From NCBI GenBank assembly GCA_030684695.1, contig JAUXXX010000127.1, positions 8,250 to 72,249 on the forward strand: a DNA stretch of 64,000 bases, read 5' to 3'. Made by a program: the position numbers and the translations under genes. The DNA is from a bacterium. Lineage in GTDB: Bacteria > Bacillota_I > Bacilli_A > Izemoplasmatales > Hujiaoplasmataceae. Shown here one piece after another: positions 49,353 through 57,016 of the stretch. Every line of letters starts with the position of its first letter. Positions within the stretch are counted from its first letter, which is position 1. The notes beneath the pieces are model-generated. The model saw only the letters and a list, made by a program, of their open reading frames with translations, had not been told where the DNA came from and made no database searches.

Positions 49353-51683
49353 CTACTTAATGAATCTTCCTTGAGTAAATAATTGTCGTTCCATTCGAGG
49401 CAATGCTTGTTGCTTCGCTAGGAAAAACCACTCTAATACCTGTTTTGTTTCTTCTTTGCTTTCGATGGTAAAATCAAGTCTACATTGCTTAATTCCCGCT
49501 TGAGATAAGGATGAAAGATAGTCAAACAACATCAATGGTTTTGCATGTAACATACGAATATTGCAGAAACCATCATTCTTTAATGGGAATGATACTCCCA
49601 CACGATCCGTTAGCACGTATTGTTTTTTTGAACATAGCGTACAATGTGATAATTTGACACCAAATGTTTTGGCGATGGGACAGTATTTCGAAATCATCAA
49701 ATCCATTCTGCCATACACCACCATTTGTAAATTGGGAGTATGGTGGAACGTTTCTTGGTAGCGAGTCACCATGGAAAGAATCTGATGTTGATGTAGTTCA
49801 GGAGACAAAACAACGACTTGTGCTCCATGATCTGCAAACAGCGCCACAGTATGAATATTTGTTGTGTTCAGGTATTGATCCGCAATCCAAGAAGAAGATG
49901 GCTGATTCACAAGTGTTCCTAACTCGTTTATAACCAAAGGTGTCTTGCTGGCATCTTTTTGGTGATCGGTTTGAATTCTTTTTTTTGCCTTATAAAACGT
50001 GGTTGTAGGATATAGACTTGCATCAAAGATGAGATCTTCTTCTACGTAGACAAATTGAATTCCTGCTTGAATCACTTCAATCAATTGATCCATTGTTTCT
50101 ACACGAGCACAAGTAAGTTCTTCTACATTGGGAAATTTTCCCAGGAAAGGTTGACTTACAACAACCTTTCCTTGATCACGATAAAGTAATTTTTCTTCCA
50201 GTAACTGTAGAGCACTTCTTCGCAAATCATTGAGAACTTTTACAGGAACAAACACCCCCGCTTGGCACTCTAAATGAAGTGATTCGTAGAAGAAAGGAGT
50301 GTTACCTAATTTTGAAAGTTGCTCCATGATTTGCTCTTTCGTGGTTGCATTTTTTTGTGCTTGTTGAACAAAAAAATCACTTTGGACAAAGACTTTATGC
50401 CCCATCGCATGAAGATGTAACTCGATGGGTTTATCGATGACGCAATGCACAAAACCGGTTAAGCAGATTTTTTTATAATCCGTATGCAAGTATTGCTCCA
50501 GCCCTCGTTCAAGTACAATGTCTTGAGTTTTCATCATGATGGTATGTAATGGGATTTCTTGCGCGACATCAAGTGTCACAAATTCCCCCATTTTCGCAGT
50601 TTTTACTGACTCATTGTCTTGAAGTATTCGTGAAACTACCATTCCATAATCTCGATCAAAAAGGAAGCGAACACCATCACCCACTGATAAATCATCAAGT
50701 AAAAGCATTCCCACTTTCCCATGTTTATATTGTATTACTTTTCCCGCCTCCACACCAATATGGTTGGGTCGATACGATTGGTTGATAGAAGTTGGGGTAA
50801 TATCAAACAAATAACCTTCTGTATAATCCCGGTTAAAGACACGTTTTAATCGATCAATCGCGGTATCTAGTGGTGGAGTTACTCCTTGATAGTAGCTGTC
50901 GATGGCACTTGCATACTCAAGAACAGTCGTTACTACATATTCTGGTTTTCTCATTCGACCTTCGATTTTAAAACTATCGATTCCCGACTCAATCAATTCA
51001 GGAATTCTTTTTATGGTCATTAAGTCTTTGGTAGACATGAGATAGCTTGGTTCTTGAATGGATTGGTCTGAAGTAGTCAAAGTATATGGAAGTCGACAAC
51101 TTTGAGCACATTCCCCTCTATTGCCACTTCGATATCCAATCATTGAACTGTGAAGACAGTTTCCTGAGTAAGAAACACATAAAGCCCCATGGATAAAGAC
51201 TTCAATCTCTACATCCACCAATGCCTTTATTTGTGTAATCAAATCGATATTGGTTTCTCTTGCTAAAACAATCCGTTTAACTCCAAGTTCTTTGAGCCAC
51301 ATTGCCTGCTCTATGGTATGTGTATTGGCTTGTGTTGAAACATGAATATCGGTATGTGGATACCGATGGATGAGTATGGAAAGTAATCCAAAGTCTTGTA
51401 CAATAAATGCGTCGATGTGATGCTGTACCAAAAAATCAGTATACGTTAATAACTCTGACATTTCCTCATCGAAAATTAAAGTATTAACTGTAACAAATAA
51501 ACGCGCCCCCCGAAGGTGGGCGAACTGGATCATCTCTACTAATTCATCATCTTCAAAATTGGAAGCATTTGCTCGTGCCCCAAATTTCTTTCCTGCTACA
51601 TAGACAGCATTTGCCCCTGCATTAATTGCACCAATCAACGAATTTTTATCTCCAGCAGGTGCTAATAATTCCACTTTTTTCAT
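49353..51683 (-). CDS. U32-family peptidase/collagenase-like protein (long form with C-terminal extension)
   Basis: U32 signature EVFIHGALCVSYSGNCLHSS. 776 aa. Confidence 0.85.
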   Translation of the reverse strand: MKKVELLAPAGDKNSLIGAINAGANAVYVAGKKFGARANASNFEDDELVEMIQFAHLRGARLFVTVNTLIFDEEMSELLTYTDFLVQHHIDAFIVQDFGLLSILIHRYPHTDIHVSTQANTHTIEQAMWLKELGVKRIVLARETNIDLITQIKALVDVEIEVFIHGALCVSYSGNCLHSSMIGYRSGNRGECAQSCRLPYTLTTSDQSIQEPSYLMSTKDLMTIKRIPELIESGIDSFKIEGRMRKPEYVVTTVLEYASAIDSYYQGVTPPLDTAIDRLKRVFNRDYTEGYLFDITPTSINQSYRPNHIGVEAGKVIQYKHGKVGMLLLDDLSVGDGVRFLFDRDYGMVVSRILQDNESVKTAKMGEFVTLDVAQEIPLHTIMMKTQDIVLERGLEQYLHTDYKKICLTGFVHCVIDKPIELHLHAMGHKVFVQSDFFVQQAQKNATTKEQIMEQLSKLGNTPFFYESLHLECQAGVFVPVKVLNDLRRSALQLLEEKLLYRDQGKVVVSQPFLGKFPNVEELTCARVETMDQLIEVIQAGIQFVYVEEDLIFDASLYPTTTFYKAKKRIQTDHQKDASKTPLVINELGTLVNQPSSSWIADQYLNTTNIHTVALFADHGAQVVVLSPELHQHQILSMVTRYQETFHHTPNLQMVVYGRMDLMISKYCPIAKTFGVKLSHCTLCSKKQYVLTDRVGVSFPLKNDGFCNIRMLHAKPLMLFDYLSSLSQAGIKQCRLDFTIESKEETKQVLEWFFLAKQQALPRMERQLFTQGRFIK

Positions 51684-51743
51684 TCAAACACATCCAATCA
51701 ACATCGATAATTATACCACTAATGATGTACTTTTTCACAATAA

Positions 51744-51780
51744 AACAAAAAGAAAAACAACCCACAATGTTGGGGTTGTC
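51744..51780 (-). terminator. terminator after the Cys-rich small gene
   Basis: Minus strand: ACAACCCC-loop-GGGUUGU (one bulge) followed by UUUUUCUUUUUG. Confidence 0.6.
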
Positions 51781-51795
51781 CATGTGTATTCTTGA

Positions 51796-52098
51796 TCAGG
51801 ATAAACGGTATTCTTCAGGTAAATTTTCCATTTGGTCGAGTAATAACGTTTCTAACTCCTCAAAGATTTCCCGTTTTTGCATCGGGAAACAATCGTCGCA
51901 AAAATTGTCTTTGGGACAGTTTGCACAATACACACTTGTCATGTCCTTGTACTCATTAATGATTGCAAGAGTAGCCTTGATGGTTTGAACTTCGTCCTGC
52001 CGTCGTAAAAAGTAATAAGCTTCGAGGACTTCTTCAATGACCTTATCTCGCAGTTCGTTGATACCACGCATTGCTTTGATTCGATGGCTTGTTTTCAT
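51796..52098 (-). CDS. hypothetical 100-aa protein with a CxxC-x5-CxxC motif
   Basis: GGAGG RBS. The sequence YCANCPKDNFCDDCF is flanked by helical, acidic segments. Has its own terminator. Confidence 0.5.
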   Translation of the reverse strand: MKTSHRIKAMRGINELRDKVIEEVLEAYYFLRRQDEVQTIKATLAIINEYKDMTSVYCANCPKDNFCDDCFPMQKREIFEELETLLLDQMENLPEEYRLS

Positions 52099-52182
52099 AC
52101 TACCTCCATAATCACCATTCTCTTATGTGACCATTTCCAATTCCATTATATCGAAATATTAGCGTTGATAATAGATACCTAC

Positions 52183-52225
52183 AAAAAAAAAATAAAAAAG
52201 TTCGATATTTGGAGATATCAAACTT
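52183..52225 (-). terminator. terminator after tRNA-Trp
   Basis: Minus strand: AAGUUUGAUAU-cuccaa-AUAUCGAACUU followed by a long U-run. Confidence 0.7.
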
Positions 52226-52236
52226 TATTTTGTAAG

Positions 52237-52312
52237 TGGCAGGGGTGACAGGATTCGAACCCGTACAAACAGTTTTGGAGACTGTCGTGCTACCGTTGAC
52301 ACCACACCCCTA
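52237..52312 (-). tRNA. tRNA-Trp (anticodon CCA)
   Basis: Reverse complement: AGGGGTGTGGTGTCAACGGTAGCACGACAGTCTCCAAAACTGTTTGTACGGGTTCGAATCCTGTCACCCCTGCCA. Anticodon loop CTCCAAA. Confidence 0.92.
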
Positions 52313-52354
52313 AAAGGCATATATCTATTAAACAAGATTTCATAGAAATAGTCA

Positions 52355-52388
52355 AGAAAAAACCGCTTGAAACGGCTAATTTCAAGCG
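52355..52388 (-). terminator. terminator at the end of the HMA gene
   Basis: Minus strand: CGCUUGAAA-loop-UUUCAAGCG followed by GUUUUUUC. Confidence 0.65.
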
Positions 52389-52591
52389 AGTTTTTCTATG
52401 GATAGAAGTTTATAACCTTCTACTGCTAATGCGGATGAAATGACATCACTGGAGACAAACCCATCAAATAATACGTAGCATCCTTCCAAGGATACTTCTA
52501 CATTGGTAACTCCATAGATGTTTTTAAAAATATGATTAATATCGCGGGCACACCCTTCGCAGCACATACCATCAATGATTGCTTTTTTCAT
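52382..52591 (-). CDS. copZ: heavy-metal-associated (HMA) domain metallochaperone, CopZ-like
   Basis: 69 aa with an N-terminal GMCCEGC metal-binding loop and a ferredoxin-like length. No P-type ATPase gene adjacent. Confidence 0.75.
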   Translation of the reverse strand: MKKAIIDGMCCEGCARDINHIFKNIYGVTNVEVSLEGCYVLFDGFVSSDVISSALAVEGYKLLSIEKLA

Positions 52592-52662
52592 TTGTTGTCC
52601 TCCCTAAACAGCCTCATTATAGACTATCATTTTTGAAAAGTAAACAATCTAACAACTTTTCT

Positions 52663-53493
52663 CTAAAATGTAAGATTTTGCGATATTTTTAATCCAAATT
52701 GATTGGCAAAATCAATCGCCATTTCACTGGAAAAATCTGCTATTTCCTGTGGCTGATGAGCATCAGATCCGATAACGATACACACATCTTTGAAATCTTT
52801 TACCACATTCCAAAAATCATATCTTGGATACAAAAAATCCAAACATCCCTCTTTATAGACCGATTGTTTTCTGATTCCTCCTGCATTTATCTCTAAAGCC
52901 ACATTGTTTTTAATTGCTGAGGCAATAATTCGCTTGGTTACCTGCAATGCCACCTCATCAAACTCATATTTCCCCTTATCAGACAAATAACTAGCAAGAA
53001 ACAAATCAGGATGGACAAGCACTTTAAAAAATCCAGTGGCGAGAGCAGCTTCGATAGTGGAAGCATAGTCGAGTGCTCTGGTTTTATCCATTGGTTCGTA
53101 TGTATTATACAAGCCATTTGGAGTGTGAAAATAATGAACCCCTAGCAACAAATAATCGACATCTTGAAGTAATAACTCGTAATACTCATCGTGTCCTTTG
53201 ATGTATTCAATTTCAAGCCCTTTTCGGATTTTTATCAATGAAGAATAGTCTCTTATCGCTTGATTGACATCTGGCAAATAGACTTCTTTAAACATTTGGT
53301 AATCCATTTGTCGTTCCAACCAATTGTTCACATACTCCTGTGCAGTCATGAAACTCCTTGGTATGGGACCATGATCCGACATACCAATCTCTTGTAATCC
53401 TTTTTGAATAGCTACTTTTATATAATCCGCACTCATTCCAGTTGCGTGTCCACACAGTGCCGTATGGGTATGATAATTCGATATAAACTGCAT
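52663..53493 (-). CDS. PHP-family histidinol-phosphatase-like protein (HisJ family)
   Basis: NYHTHTALCGHA, MSDHGP, and GSDAH motifs. Start at ATG 53493 (GAGGTG RBS). Confidence 0.8.
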   Translation of the reverse strand: MQFISNYHTHTALCGHATGMSADYIKVAIQKGLQEIGMSDHGPIPRSFMTAQEYVNNWLERQMDYQMFKEVYLPDVNQAIRDYSSLIKIRKGLEIEYIKGHDEYYELLLQDVDYLLLGVHYFHTPNGLYNTYEPMDKTRALDYASTIEAALATGFFKVLVHPDLFLASYLSDKGKYEFDEVALQVTKRIIASAIKNNVALEINAGGIRKQSVYKEGCLDFLYPRYDFWNVVKDFKDVCIVIGSDAHQPQEIADFSSEMAIDFANQFGLKISQNLTF

Positions 53494-53529
53494 ATTTTTC
53501 ACCTCATGAACATTGTATCATATCCAACT

Positions 53530-53567
53530 CAAAAAAAAGAAAAGTGATGCACAAGGCAGCACTTTTC
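53530..53567 (-). terminator. terminator closing the repeat-peptide/regulator cassette
   Basis: Minus strand: GAAAAGUG-13 nt-CACUUUUC followed by U8. Confidence 0.7.
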
Positions 53568-53616
53568 CCAGGGAAGGGATTGGTCTATGAGGACCCGTTA
53601 GGGAAAATGAGTCAGT

Positions 53617-54912
53617 TTACGCTAAAAATATATCATCTGTGAGCGGAGATTTCGATGTTTTACTAGCCTTCTTGTTGTTCATCTGGGTAAACAGTTGAAT
53701 CGCCAACTCTTGAATGGTTTGACCACGATACTTATATCCTTGAAACTTTGATTCTGCCTCAATGAATCGTTTTTCTATGACATCATGGGGTTGTTTTGTG
53801 AATGCTGCTTCAAAGAATAACACCAATTTAAAATATTCATCGTTGTATTTCTCGTCTTCATGCAATCCTTTTAATGTGTGAACAACTGCGTTCGCAACAT
53901 CAAATTGATTGCTTTGGTAAGCACAATACACCATCATGATGGATTCATAATCATGTCGTTTGATGATTTGATCAATAATCCGTGTGTAATACTTCAATGC
54001 TTCGGTATATTGTTGTTCCATCAAGCAACAGTCTGCGTAGTTAAGGTAAGTGACACGATCAAGCCTTGGAATATCATTGAAGTTTAAATAGATTAAGTTC
54101 TTTTTCAACATCCGTTTTGCTTCGTCCACATTTCCAAGCTTTTTATAAAATGTGGCGATGTTCATCCGGCAAAAGACAGCTTTGGTATAGTTGAGTTGTT
54201 CTTCGAGCTTCGGCAATGCTTTGTTTGCATAAATAAGCGCATTGATGAAGTCACTGATTAGCGAGTAAGCAAATGATACGTGATAATTGGCTGTTGGCTC
54301 TAGTTCTGGATAGTTTGCAGCCAAATAAACCGTCAAGCGAGCATAGTGGATCACTTTTTCTTGATCCTTCATGATGCCTGCATAGGCGGCCATATATTCA
54401 TAATACAAGAATCGATGTTCATTCGATAATTTATCCACAAAGTGTTTTAAGAACTGAATTGCTTCACCGATTTTTGTGTGATTGACTTGATTGGTATAGT
54501 TCACTTCTGTAATGTGGTAGATTAATTGGGCCAGGTGTAAAGGAACTAACAAAATGGAATTTTGATAGTTGTCAAATTGTTGATGCATTTTTAGATAAAA
54601 AACTTCTGCTTCTTTAAATTTGGAGAAGCAAACACAGGTATAAAATTGGCTGAAGTTCTCATCCAAATTGGCAATCACCGATTTTGGTGTAGTGATTGGT
54701 ATGTGTAAGTGGTGAGCCATTTTATCCACAATTTCATCGTACCCTTCAAAGTTCTTCTGCTGGGCACGTCTAAAATTGGACTTTGGAATGGAAGCCTCTT
54801 CGTTAATATCTTTTTGGGTAATTGCATTGACCTTTTTGAGATACTCTACCATAACCAAGACATCTGCTCGGTTTTGGTAATAGAAATTACTAGAGAACTC
54901 ATAGATAGTCAT
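53617..54912 (-). CDS. HTH + TPR-like helical-repeat regulator (RNPP/NprR-like candidate peptide receptor)
   Basis: N-terminal HTH-like ITQKDINEEASIPKSNFRRAQQ. About 350 aa of helical repeats with TPR-like periodicity (IATFYKKLGNVDEAKRMLKKNL; CCLMEQQYTEALKYYTRII). No signal peptide or TM. The family call is an inference from architecture only. Confidence 0.55.
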   Translation of the reverse strand: MTIYEFSSNFYYQNRADVLVMVEYLKKVNAITQKDINEEASIPKSNFRRAQQKNFEGYDEIVDKMAHHLHIPITTPKSVIANLDENFSQFYTCVCFSKFKEAEVFYLKMHQQFDNYQNSILLVPLHLAQLIYHITEVNYTNQVNHTKIGEAIQFLKHFVDKLSNEHRFLYYEYMAAYAGIMKDQEKVIHYARLTVYLAANYPELEPTANYHVSFAYSLISDFINALIYANKALPKLEEQLNYTKAVFCRMNIATFYKKLGNVDEAKRMLKKNLIYLNFNDIPRLDRVTYLNYADCCLMEQQYTEALKYYTRIIDQIIKRHDYESIMMVYCAYQSNQFDVANAVVHTLKGLHEDEKYNDEYFKLVLFFEAAFTKQPHDVIEKRFIEAESKFQGYKYRGQTIQELAIQLFTQMNNKKASKTSKSPLTDDIFLA

Positions 54913-54999
54913 ATTGTATCAACCTTCTTTTATACGTCAGCGGAAAAATCGAAATCCTTTCACCGCTGGCAAAATAAAGAAGGAGTTGTTCCTAATTAT

Positions 55000-55416
55000 T
55001 TAGCAAGAAAATACTGGTTTTGGATATACGATTTCCGGTTCTGGATCGTCAGCTAAAAAACGTGGTGCTGGATAAACGATTTCTGGTTCTGGGTCATCAG
55101 CCAAGAAACGACGGTCTGGATATACGATTTCTGGTTCTGGGTCATCAGCTAAGAAACGACGGTCTGGATATACGATTTCTGGTTCTGGGTCATCAGCCAA
55201 GAAACGACGGTCTGGGTAAACGATTTCTGGTTCTGGATCGTCAGCTAAGAAACGACGGTCTGGATAAACGATTTCTGGTTCTGGATCATCAGCGAGTTGG
55301 ACGGGGTAATAAAACTCATTAGTAGAAATATCAGCTGTTCTTAACACGTTAAACGACACAAACATTGTAACTGCGAACACCATAACAAATAACGACTTCC
55401 ATGCAAACTTTTTCAT
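55000..55416 (-). CDS. secreted tandem-repeat propeptide: Sec signal + 6 x ADDPEPEIVYP
   Basis: AAGGAG RBS 7 nt before ATG 55416. MKKFAWKSLFVMVFAVTMFVSFNVLRTADIS..., then QL-[ADDPEPEIVYPDRRFL]x4-ADDPEPEIVYPAPRFL-ADDPEPEIVYPKPVFSC*. The repeats differ only by synonymous changes. Confidence 0.8.
   Translation of the reverse strand: MKKFAWKSLFVMVFAVTMFVSFNVLRTADISTNEFYYPVQLADDPEPEIVYPDRRFLADDPEPEIVYPDRRFLADDPEPEIVYPDRRFLADDPEPEIVYPDRRFLADDPEPEIVYPAPRFLADDPEPEIVYPKPVFSC
55030..55293 (-). repeat. 48-bp in-frame tandem repeat, 5.5 copies
   Basis: Units start at 55030, 55078, 55126, 55174, 55222 and 55270, each beginning gatttc[tc]ggttctgg on the plus strand. Confidence 0.95.
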
Positions 55417-55560
55417 AAACAATCTCCTTTAGGGCGAATATTTTTGTTTGAACATTGTGTCTCAAACAGGAATAACATGATGTGTTTTGCTTTCTATCAT
55501 CATCTTATCATAGCCCCAAATTATTGTAAATATTTGCATTTTAGGATATTTGTCTTTCAT

Positions 55561-55569
55561 ATTATAACA
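55561..55569 (-). promoter_or_regulatory. extended -10 (TGTTATAAT) candidate promoter of the repeat-peptide gene
   Basis: The minus strand reads TGTTATAAT. It lies about 145 nt upstream of the ATG, downstream of the preceding terminator. Confidence 0.4.
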
Positions 55570-55594
55570 TATTTCAAACTATAATCTATATAAT

Positions 55595-55610
55595 ATTCTA
55601 AAATTAGAAT
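55595..55610. promoter_or_regulatory. inverted repeat ATTCTAA-aa-TTAGAAT, candidate operator/activator site
   Basis: Perfect 7-bp arms, centred about 39 bp upstream of the centre of the candidate -10. Confidence 0.35.
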
Positions 55611-55714
55611 CTTTTTCACTTAAGATTTTTGTAAGGACTTCTTTTTAATGGCCCAATCGCCATAAAAATTAATTTAATAAATTTTCAAAAAGATTCAGAA
55701 AACGGAATATTGAT

Positions 55715-55740
55715 CAAAAAAAGCAACCGAATTCGGTCGC
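55715..55740 (-). terminator. terminator after the acyltransferase gene (upstream boundary of the cassette)
   Basis: Minus strand: GCGACCGAA/UUCGGUUGC followed by U7. Confidence 0.75.
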
Positions 55741-55752
55741 TCTTATGATTTT

Positions 55753-57006
55753 TTATTCTTTTAATGCGAATCTTTCAATCATTTTTTGTTTATACAGTTC
55801 CTCTACAGCAAAATGAAGTTTGGTGACAACATTTTTTTGATGTAAGGGATATAAGTAATACGTATCGTCTAGTGTTGATAAATCAAGACAATCTGTAGTT
55901 CCTAAATAGTCATATTCAATGTGTAGAGAGTACATTGATAATGGGTCTTTACGAAGTTCAAAGGATTCACTGCCAAAGCTTCCGTGCAAATGGAATCCTT
56001 GAAGATCATGACGCAATGTAGCGTTTCCCAAACGAATATATCCTTTGGAGTTGGGTAGAGAATCTACCGCCACTTCATCTTCAAAGAAATATGTTCCGTC
56101 TAAAATTTGTTTTTTGACGTGTTCGCGCTCAAATTCATACCAATCTGGGATATGAGCAAATTCTGTATCCCCAGATTCCGCATGTAGTCTTCCAAGCTCA
56201 TCCATTTCGTAGGTTTTATGACAATGATTGCACCAAAGTTTGGACCCTTTTGAATCCATCTGATGTTCGGTCAAACACGAAGGGCATAAGTATAATACTT
56301 TATGGAGACCTTTCGCACGGTCTTCGTAAGAAATCTTCAGTTTATTTTCAAATTGATACTTGTATTCGTCATAAACAAAAGCATCATTGATCCGTTTGTT
56401 GATTTGTGGAACACTTAATTCAAAAATATCCTCTTTTGTGACGATTTGCGTCATATCTGCAGAAATCCGTACTTTCCGCTTTTTTAGATTCCATACGGGT
56501 TGGCTTAAGTAGTTCCCATGCATGTTGAGTACAACAATCGGGTGCTTCATTAATTTACAAAGTTTACCTAATGAATCTGGCAAAATGGCATTCGTACCAG
56601 CCAATGAATATCTTGCTTCTGGATAAATGGCAATGATGGTTTTGTTGACCTTTAGGGAATGTTCAATTTGACGTATCAAACTAATGTCGTTTGTAAACTT
56701 GCGTTTACACAAACATCCAACATCCCGTAATAGTTTTTCTCTGCCGATGAAACCATCTATAGCCACTATATAGTTAGCTTTATGTGGAAAAATTGCAGCG
56801 GTAGTTACTGAGAAATCAATAAAGGCATGGTGAGTACATAATAATACATATGGTGGTTTTAATCCCTTCATATGATGCTTGCGTACTTTAAGGTGATGTC
56901 CCCATACCGTTGGAAAAGCCAAAAGCCAAGCCAAGATGGTCAAATACCAGGCTTGTTTTTTCGGTTTTTTAAGCATATCAAAACGCGTTTCATGTTGGTC
57001 CTTCAT
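55753..57006 (-). CDS. PlsC-family acyltransferase with zinc ribbon (paralog of 1106-2242)
   Basis: HX4D (CTHHAFIDF), IAIYPEARYS, CPSC...CNHC. AAGGAG RBS. 10-nt gap after the GGDEF gene. Confidence 0.75.
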   Translation of the reverse strand: MKDQHETRFDMLKKPKKQAWYLTILAWLLAFPTVWGHHLKVRKHHMKGLKPPYVLLCTHHAFIDFSVTTAAIFPHKANYIVAIDGFIGREKLLRDVGCLCKRKFTNDISLIRQIEHSLKVNKTIIAIYPEARYSLAGTNAILPDSLGKLCKLMKHPIVVLNMHGNYLSQPVWNLKKRKVRISADMTQIVTKEDIFELSVPQINKRINDAFVYDEYKYQFENKLKISYEDRAKGLHKVLYLCPSCLTEHQMDSKGSKLWCNHCHKTYEMDELGRLHAESGDTEFAHIPDWYEFEREHVKKQILDGTYFFEDEVAVDSLPNSKGYIRLGNATLRHDLQGFHLHGSFGSESFELRKDPLSMYSLHIEYDYLGTTDCLDLSTLDDTYYLYPLHQKNVVTKLHFAVEELYKQKMIERFALKE

Positions 57007-57016
57007 TATTTACTCC

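Noticed and set aside
54913-54999. Hairpin CAGCGG-19 nt-CCGCTG between the repeat-peptide gene and the regulator, as a terminator.
   Set aside because: The stem is short and the loop large, with no following U-tract. Read-through into the regulator gene is more likely.
55030-55293. The possibility that the regular 48-bp repeats are a CRISPR array.
   Set aside because: The units are contiguous head-to-tail with no spacers. They are in frame inside a well-signalled ORF, and there are no cas genes in the window.
55020-55322. Plus-strand 100-aa ORF (MDIRFPVLDRQLKN...) running through the 48-bp repeats.
   Set aside because: It is a mirror-frame artefact of the repeat. It has no RBS. The inter-unit substitutions that are silent on the minus strand change amino acids here (HQP/HQL, LDI/LDK/LGK). 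The minus-strand ORF has an RBS and a signal peptide.
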